From the NCBI GenBank assembly GCA_977018835.1, contig OZ361260.1, positions 558,001-622,000 of the forward strand: a stretch of DNA of 64,000 nt, read 5' to 3'. This DNA is from Minutocellus sp. GHC0000111 (taxonomy: Eukaryota). The stretch's first letter is position 1; the number at the start of each line of letters is the position of its first letter. This document shows, piece after piece, positions 47,607 to 57,032 of the stretch. The notes beneath the pieces are model-generated. The model was given only the letters and a program-made list of their open reading frames with translations. It did no database searches and was not told the origin of the DNA. Made by a program: the position numbers and the translations under genes.

Positions 47607-47643
47607 TACCGGCACATTCCAGAACCCGTGGTAATAATGGCGC

Positions 47644-48300
47644 TCAATCATCCTCCTCCTTCTTCTTGAAGATGCCTGACCAGGCCACGGGCTGCATTCC
47701 CGGCTGGAGCAGCGTAACGTAGATCTTCTTCCCCTGTTTCAATGTCTTGCCGCTCATTGTGCCAGATTCATCCATCTCGACGAGGGAGAAGGTGCACTCA
47801 TCTTCATTGATAAATCCAATCAATGGCTCCTTGTCAGAAAACACGGTCTTCTCGTCCTTGTCGTTCCCTCCTCTGTCAGACGTTGCCTTCCACTGTGTAC
47901 ATCATGTGTGTGTGTGCATGCAAATGATGGAATAGAATAAAAAGTATAAGTAAATTCTTGCTCATGAACATCCTCGCACTCACGTCGTCGCCACACAACA
48001 CACAAAAAGTCGACGCACCTGCGAGAACGCCTCCAGAGTTCCATCGTCGTTCGGGTAGAGCTTCAACTTCCGATTGCGGCCACAACCATGCCCAATCTCT
48101 TCCCTGTTGAGAAAGTTGATGCTACAGATGCCTTCACCGAGCCAGGTTCCCTTGAAGCCGCAGGGATCGTCGCCACCACCGTCGCCGGAGCCACCACCTT
48201 CGCCCAGGCCGCGAAGGTGCTGCTGCTGCTGCTCATCAGCCGCGGCGTTCGTTCCCTGCACAAACGGCAGAAAGAAGAGGGTGATAGGAACAATCTTCAT
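47644..48300 (-). CDS. small secreted protein with LRG-type propeptide motif
   Basis: Signal peptide MKIVPITLFFLPFVQG, QQQQHLRGL, in-frame intron 48018-47893. Confidence 0.65.
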
Positions 48301-48894
48301 CGTAAGATATGAAGTGGATACAAGTTTCTTTTGACACCGGAGAAAAATCGTATCTTTTTGGTAAGATGAAATGTGTGCGAAAAAAGGGATTTTCATCTTC
48401 CACCGTTCTCATTGCCCTTTTGTTATTTTTTTCTCTACTCTATTCGCACCGGTAGGTTTCGATATTCAGATTACCGGCTATGGTCTATCAAAAACGCACC
48501 ACGCTGATAACGAGTATGCCCTCCTCTCAGACATGCAGGATGCTATGCAGATTCTACTTCGAATCATTTCCATCAATGACGAGAGAGATTAACTTTTCCC
48601 ACGAGACGAGAGGTGGGACGAGCAGCAGCAGCATCATGTCTCACCTTATGCAGATGTGAAATAAGTATGTGCGATATCCGGATCGCCAAGAACCACTAAC
48701 TTTAGACACTCCTTTGCGATACCCTCCTATTGTCAATACGTAACATATAAATGGTTCTTGATGTATTATGTAGATCTACCGTTTTGAGTTTTGTTGTAGT
48801 TGAATCGACCACGGCCTTTGCATTCTGTTCTGCTAGCTAGAAGCTAGGCCTAGCTAGCTACGTAGCTAGTTAGTCTACGTAGTTGGCAGTGGGG

Positions 48895-50175
48895 TCAAAT
48901 TGTAGCCCATAAGTCACTGACAATACGAGACAGAAAATCAAGGATGTCGCCGTCGAAGTTGGTATTGTCCATAACGCCGCCGGTGCCGGTCAAACTGAAA
49001 GCGGCACCACCGATGCTACCATTGCTGACAACACGAGGAGTCTTCATAGAGACTTTGGAAGAGCAGTTGGACGCGGCATTCCACGAGTGCTGCTGATACT
49101 GGGTCGTGGGCAGCTGGTGGTGACGATGGTTGGTCTTGGGAGCAATAGCACCATCGTGTGAATTATATCCTTCACGCGGATACGTGTTGGGAGCAACGTT
49201 GGTGTGCTGAGGATGAGGGAGGCCGGCAGAAGTGATAGTGCTGGTCGGTGGGGCGAAGGCAGCAATTTGATGTTGATGCTGGTGAGTGTTGTGACCATAC
49301 GTGTTGGTGCCGTGAGCAACATTAGAAGGGGCACCGATTGTGTAGCTGATACCGCATCCCGATTGCTGCCCCATGTCGCTGGTGGGTTGAGCGGATGCTG
49401 CGTATATCCCTTTTTCAGCAATCTCGCAAGCTCGGTTGAGCATATCGTAAACCTCACTCTGCTGGACGGCAGAAGAATGATGAGCCTCTCCTGGGCAATT
49501 GAAGGACTGGGCAGGAACTTCTGGAATTGGAGGCAAGACGTCGTCTTCCAAGGGGAGTTTCATGGAGTGTTCAGCCAACATACGTACAGCAGCGATTTCG
49601 ATGTCAGTACAAGTAGTGCCAGTCTTGTTTGATTGTTTCTGGACTTTCTTGGGTTTGGCGGCGGTCTCCTTGGCCATGATGTCAGTAGATGTAGTAGGGA
49701 CTGCCGTCTCGCCTTCGAGCTGCTTCTTGCGGTCCATGCGTTCCTTCCATTCTTTGCACTCCTTGACGTAGCGTTTCTTCTCGACGGCGGCAAGATCTTG
49801 AAAGTGCTTCCTTGCAGGATCATCGAGTGACTTCCACTTGGCACCAATGATCTTTGCAAGCTCAGCAAATCCAATCTTGCCGTGGGGAGGTGGACGAACA
49901 GTCTTCGATCGATTGCGACGCTCGGAGGGGTCGTTGTGGATCGTCATGTGCATCGATTCATGAGACTGGCCTTCCTTCGACGGTTTGCTTCTCAAGAGCA
50001 TGTCGCGTTCGTATTGGAAGAATAGGTTGTATGCCGATAGCGGTCGCTTGGGCTTGGCATCTGGATCGCGAATAGTAGCCGCTCCCTTCTTCTTGTTCTT
50101 CTTCGCGGTTGAACTCTTGGCCTTGGTGACCAACGATGTCTTGTTCGTCAGTTGCTTTTTCGTTGATGGCGCCAT
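48895..50175 (-). CDS. HMG-box DNA-binding protein
   Basis: KPKRPLSAYNLFFQYER...PPHGKIGFAELAKIIGAKWKSLD...FQDLAAVEKKRY. Confidence 0.92.
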   Translation of the reverse strand: MAPSTKKQLTNKTSLVTKAKSSTAKKNKKKGAATIRDPDAKPKRPLSAYNLFFQYERDMLLRSKPSKEGQSHESMHMTIHNDPSERRNRSKTVRPPPHGKIGFAELAKIIGAKWKSLDDPARKHFQDLAAVEKKRYVKECKEWKERMDRKKQLEGETAVPTTSTDIMAKETAAKPKKVQKQSNKTGTTCTDIEIAAVRMLAEHSMKLPLEDDVLPPIPEVPAQSFNCPGEAHHSSAVQQSEVYDMLNRACEIAEKGIYAASAQPTSDMGQQSGCGISYTIGAPSNVAHGTNTYGHNTHQHQHQIAAFAPPTSTITSAGLPHPQHTNVAPNTYPREGYNSHDGAIAPKTNHRHHQLPTTQYQQHSWNAASNCSSKVSMKTPRVVSNGSIGGAAFSLTGTGGVMDNTNFDGDILDFLSRIVSDLWATI

Positions 50176-50783
50176 CGCTACGTAGAATATGCCTTGAGTA
50201 ACGTGGAGGATTGTTATACCTAGGTACTACGTAATATACGGTATCGATAAATAAAGGATAAATGGGTAATGCAAGAAGTGCGATTTGCGTGAGAGAAAGT
50301 GGTTGATGATATCGAAGCGACGGTGAGGGGAGGGGGGGGAGGATGCCAGATGATGAACGCGTAGTAGATCGAATTAACAATCCTGGAAGGGAAGGAATAC
50401 TATCTCAAAATCAACAACATACCTGATTTGGTGGCGAGGAACAAGTGAATTGTATGAGCTCCTTAAGCAACAAAAAGTGGACACTTGAATCTGCTCCCGT
50501 ACTCGATTCTATATTCGTCGTGATGGCAGTGTTCGCTTTTCCCGGCCTGTCTGGTGAAAAATAGATGGGTCTGGATTATTAATGATGAGAGCTGAAAGCA
50601 GGAATTACATGACATGAAAGGTCTTGTCGTTTCGTTGCCGTTTCTTCCGGGAGCCATCTTTGGCCGCCCAAAAAGTTGTTCGAGGAGCTTCGCAGGAGGT
50701 GATTATTGTCAATTTGTGACATCTTGCTTTCGAGGCCGATACCGGCTTTTTGATATCCCGCAAAAAAGTTTCTGAATTACATA

Positions 50784-50986
50784 AGTATTGTTACTTTTTA
50801 GGCCTCGTTCCCGCGTGTCTCAATTCTTCGGTTCTCCAAGGCGCAAAAAAATGTTTCATTATGTGACTTTCTGTTGATATATTGGCCTGTGAATGACATT
50901 TCTGAACAGAGCAGTCGCGAAAAGCTCCGGCACTTTTATTCATAGTATTGTTACTTTTTAGGCCTCGTTCCCGCGTGTCTCAATTC
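50784..50986. repeat. exact 43-bp direct repeat, 160-bp period
   Basis: AGTATTGTTACTTTTTAGGCCTCGTTCCCGCGTGTCTCAATTC at 50784-50826 and 50944-50986. Confidence 0.92.
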
Positions 50987-51160
50987 GGATCATGGCCTGT
51001 TTCTGGTTTGATCGCGCAAGACGAACTTTTTCATCTTTGACGCCTGCCTGACTTTTGGCATGAGCTACAAACACTTCATCATTCAACAAGCACCGCCGAC
51101 ATATCCGGATCTCCCAACACACCCAAAAGGAGACCAAGACCCAAGACCAGCAGAGCACCC

Positions 51161-52006
51161 ATGACGACCGCCTCGTCTCCCTACGGCCAAAAGCATCCGG
51201 TGGAGACGGAGGAAAAGATATCGGATGCCCTCCAACAACTGAAGGATGAGATCGATGGCATGCCGGAGGAGACCAAGCAGAACTGGCTAAAGGCCAAGGA
51301 ACGTTGCACGCCCAAGCTGGTCGATTATCGACATCTCCTCCTCTTTCTGCGGTGCGATGTGTTCAACGTCGATCTAGCCGCGGGTCGGCTCATCCGGTAC
51401 TGGGACAAACGCGTTCTGGTGTTTGGAGAAGACAGGGCCTTTCTACCCCTCACCCTCGACGGTGCCCTCAAGGGCGACGAAACCTCCCTGGAGATGGCCT
51501 TCATCCAGAGCACCGAGCATACCGACACGGAAGGCTGTCGACTCATCTTAGGCGACCCATCCAAGCTCGATAAGACCAAATACACCCGCGAGTCCATGGT
51601 GCGTGCCTTCTGGTACACCATGCACGCCGCCCTGGAGGATGAGGCGACGCAAAAGCGGGGCATCATCCTTCTGCTGTTCCCCCATCACGCTCAATTTTCG
51701 CAGTTCGACAGGAAGCTGGTTGCTGCCAACGCCGAGAGTATGAAGGGCTGTCTGCCGGTGCGGATTGGGGCGTTCCACATATGTCACCCACCGACGTTTT
51801 TCACCGTTGTCTTTCCCATCATCAAATTGTTGCTGGGAAAGAGATTGAGGGAACGAATCAAGGTCCACACCGGATCGGAGGAACATGTTTTGGAACGACT
51901 CGCTGGCTTTGGCATTCCCAAGGAGAGCATTCCCTCGGATTTGGGCGGAGCCGTGGTGCTGAATCAAAAGGCGTGGCTGGAGAATCGGAGGGAAAGCGGT
52001 CTGTAA
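51161..52006 (+). CDS. CRAL-TRIO (Sec14-like) lipid-binding protein
   Basis: LLFLRCDVFNVDLAAGRL..YW, TQKRGI, LPVRIGAFHICHPP, LRERIKVH and IPSDLGG motifs. Confidence 0.9.
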   Translation: MTTASSPYGQKHPVETEEKISDALQQLKDEIDGMPEETKQNWLKAKERCTPKLVDYRHLLLFLRCDVFNVDLAAGRLIRYWDKRVLVFGEDRAFLPLTLDGALKGDETSLEMAFIQSTEHTDTEGCRLILGDPSKLDKTKYTRESMVRAFWYTMHAALEDEATQKRGIILLLFPHHAQFSQFDRKLVAANAESMKGCLPVRIGAFHICHPPTFFTVVFPIIKLLLGKRLRERIKVHTGSEEHVLERLAGFGIPKESIPSDLGGAVVLNQKAWLENRRESGL

Positions 52007-52173
52007 GCGATACATGTATGGTGATAACACCAACGTTTGCAGCAAGAAACATTTCCGATAGAAATTTCTACAAAAGTATATCTTATCTCATGAGAATTCG
52101 ATTGTACTGTGCGGTAGAAATAAGATAAACATCACTTTGTTTGTACTATGGAACTCTCATCCATTATCTGCTC

Positions 52174-53283
52174 TCATTGCCCGCTCAGTTTTATTCTATA
52201 CATCGACGGCCAATTCTTACCCGTCACCAGCAGTTCATCCTTCTTGTCGCTCACGCTGATACCATTGAAGCAGTCGGCATCCGGGCTTCGCTTCGTGTAC
52301 AATCTGGAAAAGTCGTATACTTTGGCAACCTGTCCATCGACGGGATCAATAGCCACCAATACATCCTGATACCAAATGTTGGCAAAAATAAGACCATCCA
52401 CCATTTCCAACTCATTGATATGCTGTACTGGCCTCTTTGTTATTTGTGGCTCTTCGTCATCGTCACCATTGCTGTTGAGAAGTTGCCGCAAAGTTACCTG
52501 GACTCGTCGTTTCTCTTGAAGTGTATCTCGATCCCAGAAGAAGATGTAGTCGGATCCATCGCTCACGATGAATTCACGCTTGGAAGCATCGTAGGTAATG
52601 CCCCACCCCTCATTGGTCTTGGTCTCGTAGCGAAATTCTTTCTCAACTAACTTGTCGAATGTTGTGGCATCATAAATAAAACCAGTCTGTTCCTGCCACG
52701 TAATTTGTATTATCCTCTCGTTACCGCCGGCGTCATGATAATGTGCAATGCCCTCCCCAAAGTATTTTTCATCCAATTTGGTTGACTGAAGGATGTTTCC
52801 CGTAACATCAGCTTGGGGTGTCATTTCCAGCTCCCGAAGTTCGGATGCGCCGTTCAGCCCCGTTCCCTCGTAGAGCCTACCACCGAAATATGTCAATCCC
52901 TGCGTAAATGCATTTGGATCATGCGGGTAAGTTGCCAAAACGTCGTAGGCATCGCCGACATAAATTGCTTCCACAATTTCCCTTGGACTTTTCGGCCCGG
53001 CGGCGCTGGTACCCGCACTTGTACCATCACTCGATATTATGCCCTTGACGCCCTCACTGCTACCAACATTCCCACTTATGCGAAAATCACCTCTAAGCAG
53101 TAAGACGGATAAGACAGGGAACAGAATGGCAGCAAAGAGCATTGGATATCGGCGCAGGTAAAAAGGTGGGTCGGTGGTCGAGGTCGGTTGTAATTGTTGT
53201 GCTCCTTGCTTGTTCATTGTGCTCGTGGCGTCACCTTTGCTACCGCCCGATCCCTTGGCAGCCTTGCGCCGTCGGACCGCCAT
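52174..53283 (-). CDS. glutaminyl-peptide cyclotransferase (plant/bacterial-type QC), membrane-anchored
   Basis: YPHDPNAFTQGL, LYEGTGLNG, YFGEGI, QITWQE, EGWGIT, INELE, FNGI and VTGKNWP motifs; N-terminal TM helix. Confidence 0.92.
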   Translation of the reverse strand: MAVRRRKAAKGSGGSKGDATSTMNKQGAQQLQPTSTTDPPFYLRRYPMLFAAILFPVLSVLLLRGDFRISGNVGSSEGVKGIISSDGTSAGTSAAGPKSPREIVEAIYVGDAYDVLATYPHDPNAFTQGLTYFGGRLYEGTGLNGASELRELEMTPQADVTGNILQSTKLDEKYFGEGIAHYHDAGGNERIIQITWQEQTGFIYDATTFDKLVEKEFRYETKTNEGWGITYDASKREFIVSDGSDYIFFWDRDTLQEKRRVQVTLRQLLNSNGDDDEEPQITKRPVQHINELEMVDGLIFANIWYQDVLVAIDPVDGQVAKVYDFSRLYTKRSPDADCFNGISVSDKKDELLVTGKNWPSMYRIKLSGQ

Positions 53284-53595
53284 GTAGGCTAACCTGTACG
53301 GCTATTGCTGGTACAGCTGTCTGTACAGCACTGGGATGGCCGAGGGTATTATGGCAGCCGGCATCGTCAACGTGCGGGTGCGCCAAAGGATTGATTTGGC
53401 AATAAAATCGCATGCTAAAAAGTGAAGGGGAAAGGGGGAGGGGGGATAAGGGGTCTCGTCTAGCTAGTAGTAGGCTACATGTCATGTACGAGGGAGGAGC
53501 GGTGCCACGGTGGCGCCGCCAGTCGCCATCGTCATCAGACCTATCGCACAGAGCGCTAAATATCGATAGCTACTACTACTGATGGCCATAGCGGA

Positions 53596-54670
53596 ATGAT
53601 ACTCTACTTCTCCTGCCTTTCCACTGCGCTCGTTCTACTGTTTTTGACCCCGCCATCGTACGCTGCCATGCCAGCCGGCGCAAGGCCGCTCATCCTTCGG
53701 CTGCACATGGTCCGCCATGGAGAGACCGAGGCCAACAAGGCCAACTATGTGCTGGGTCAGCGCGAATCGCCCCTGACTACCAAGGGCATAAATCAGGCGG
53801 CTGCACTGGGGACATTCCTGGGAGGGGATGGCCGGCGCCGACGCCAAACCTTTTGGAAAGCCTATGCGTCGGATTACGACCGCACGTTGAAAACTGCTAG
53901 ACTGATCCTTGGCGAGGAAGGAGAGGGCGAGCCAAGTTGTAGTAGTGGTAGCGATGACAGATATAGAAAGTCTCAGGAGCAGGGCGATGACAACGTCAAT
54001 GGCACCGCTGAGAGCAGCGCTGAAGTGGCTACAATGGTTTCTGACCGACATGAAGCGCCGGTACCACCTGTAATCCAAGACAAGAGATTGAGAGAACGCG
54101 CCAAGGGAGTGAGTGAGGTTCGGCCCAAGACGGTGACATATGAAGAGGCCGTGAAGCTACATCACTCGGAGAATGGGCAAGATGCACCCCTGCCCTTGCT
54201 GGAGAGCGACGATGATGTTTGGTCACGCGTCAAGGACTGGATTGACGAGGTTGCTTCCGAAGCTCCAGGAGTTATTGGACAGCGGAGAAATGCCCACGAC
54301 AACCACCATCACTGATTCGAAAGGAAATGAATACCAACGCTCTGCCGATGCAATGGATACAGAGGCGTTGGGGTCGGCAGTTGATCCAAGGAATCAAATC
54401 CGAAGGAGAGATGTGCTGGTAGTATCTCACAGTGCCACAATCCGTACCGCTGTCAACCGGCTCGTTGGTGATCAACTACCGTCGAACATTGTGAGGGGAA
54501 GCGGTGGAGATGATGGCGCCGCCAAGGGTATGCTAGTGGTACCGAACACATCTCGAACGATCGTCGATATCGCAGTGACACCTCCAGGAACAGAAGATAC
54601 CGGTGACGCACCAAAGTGGAGTGCAGAGCTCGTTGATCTCACCAACACAGATCACCTCAAAGAGATGTAG
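53596..54670 (+). CDS. histidine phosphatase (phosphoglycerate-mutase family)
   Basis: VRHGETEAN, ASDYDRTLKTA, LRER, VLVVSHSATIR and VPNTS motifs. Frameshift near ~54270; signal-like N-terminus. Confidence 0.85.
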
Positions 54671-54809
54671 AGTAGCTATTGTGAAATTGATAGTGTTTAT
54701 AGAGCTACAATTATACAGCCACTTAAAAAAATTGTGCAACAAATTGTATGCAGCCAAATGCAAGAAATGATGAAGGTCAAAAGTGAAATAAAAGAGATGA
54801 TAAGGAGCT

Positions 54810-56602
54810 TCAGGGAGAGGGTGTAGCAGGAGGCGTTTTGATGACCTCAAAGTCAGCATCGGGCAACACGTCATAATCCTTGCGCTGTCCCCGAGGTCGC
54901 TGGCGGTGCCTTCTCCTTAAAGCAGCAAATATCAGTGTTGCAAGGCCGAGAATAATGAGGCCACACCGAATCTGATGAGCTCGGTAGCGCCTCTCCAAGG
55001 AGAGTCCATGGGTAGCCACAACGTCGTCATCAAAGTACCGATCTTCAATGAGATCGTCGGGTAAGTCTTTTGGATCAGGAAATTCATGAATTACAGATGG
55101 ATCGTCTTTGGTCCTAAGAATAATGTCGTCGCAGCCTCCAAATCGCTCTCGAGCAGGTGTGGCACTGTCGACCTTTGGGAAACAACCGTCTTCGAAAGCA
55201 CGCAAAATATCCCACTCGGCAAAGACTCCTCCTTCGACCTTGAAGTTCCAGTAAAACCAACCATTCGTCTCTCCAGCAACTTTGCCCTCGTACACCACCA
55301 TTTGAGCCTCTACATAATTTCGAAGCATATTCTTCTCTTGTGGAGATATTTTTCTATCAAACCTGGGTGCAACGCCAGTTTGAGCAATCTCCTCAAAAAC
55401 GACATTGATCATCGCGGCTACATCCATATCATAGCTTGCCGTCCACTCTCCAATGACACGGCCCAAGCCTTGTGAGCGTCCTTCGTCGTCCCAACAACAA
55501 TTCACCATTTCAATGTTGTAGTGATTGCCACAGACAAAGGCTACATGCTGCTTGGGCGACATGGAACGGAGTTTTTCGGAAAAGACGGTGTATAGATGCG
55601 TGTCGAGAAGGGTGTTGGAATAATTCGAGTCGGTCCAGTAGCCATTGAATTGTCCGGCATCAAAATTGTCAGATATAACCACTGTAGCGTTCGGAAGATG
55701 ACGACGGATGGCACTGAAAGACTTTTCGTAGAAACCCTTCACAATTGTATTGTTGGCGTCACTGTATATCTCGTTGAGGATTTCGACACCAGTAACGACG
55801 TCATCCAATCATTCCTCCTTGACTGCCTGGGCGACGTCTTCCACAGCCTTGATTGATCGAGCTACTCGGTCCGGGTAGTCAGACCAATGACGCGCAGTAC
55901 GCTGGCTCAATAGTTTTCCTGAATTGTCGAACCCATTTTGACTCCCGGGAGCTGTATGGATGTCGGCTAGAACCTTCAGTCCGTGCTTGCGACACAACTT
56001 GACAGCACGGACAAAGTATTCCCAGTCGCCATCAACCCATGGTTCGCCTTGACGGATATCTCCTCTGATCCAATGTCCAATTGGAATTTTAACGTGCGTC
56101 AGACCTGCGGATGCGATCTTGGCAATATCATTTTCAGTGACCCACGTCTCCCAATGGCGCTTGAGATATGCCCTCGCCATGTCCTTGGTTGGAAATGCAC
56201 TCGTCAACGTCCATGTGTCGACGGGATAGGTATCTAGCGGCGTGCAAACCTTGGTCTCACCATTGTCCGTTTCGATCATATTTCGGTTCATCAATGAGGA
56301 AGTGACATTGCCTTGACGATCGCCGATCGCCACGTCGTAGAAGTTGCCATTAATATCGCAATCTGTCAATGTAAAGAGATATGGCTGTGCGTGGATTATT
56401 ATGAAGAAAGGCAACGGAGGAAAGTAAGAAAGCAAAGATCAAATCAGGTCATCAGGTCAAGTGAGAACATGCAAATCTTGCTGTCTTGCTGATCGAATGA
56501 GACATATGATGAAATGACCAGGTCAACACTTACCGTCAGAAAGCTCTCGAAGACCAACCAGCCACCAAGAGAGACGCCGCGGAACTGCTCGACTGGTGGC
56601 AT
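54810..56602 (-). CDS. glycoside hydrolase family 5 exo-1,3-beta-glucanase-like, C-terminal TM; in-frame TGA at 55809-55811
   Basis: FRGVSLGGWLVFE, HWETWVTE, DIHTAPGSQNGFDNSG, ILNE (acid/base), DTHLY, IGEW (nucleophile) and GWFYWNFK motifs. Intron 56533-56385. Confidence 0.88.
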
Positions 56603-57032
56603 CGTCGTCGCAAAGGATGGCAGGATCGTGGGATTGCTACTAGTACTTTGGTACCGGTAGAGTTGTTTCTCGCAGCGGGGGATAAATGGAATTTTTGTGG
56701 CAGGGAATGACGCTTCGATTCCGAGGAACTCTCTCTCTCTCTCTCAACCTAGTAGCAGGTCTCTTGCTTGTGAATTCACAAGGCACCCTCACATTCATTT
56801 TTGTGAGAGAAAACGTTCGGTATCTTTCCAACAACAACAACTCCGTCTCATCTTCGAAGGTCGCCAAAGAATGAGCGTCACAGTTCTTGTGCTGCTTCAG
56901 CCCTCATTCTTTCCTGCAACGCTTCGAACCTCTCGAGGAACCATGACGAACTCGGCCGCCGCTCGCGACCTACGCCGGCAGATTCTTCTTCATCATAAGT
57001 ACTAAACAACTACTAGCTACGTAGCACTTTGC

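Noticed and set aside
50784..50986. CRISPR-like repeat-spacer (also 23352-23430)
   Set aside because: Only two units, wrong spacer lengths, eukaryotic context and no cas genes.
29666..55811. Stop-codon reassignment or selenocysteine readthrough
   Set aside because: The three internal stops are three different codons, all three codons end normal genes here, and the TGA is not at a Cys-like catalytic position.
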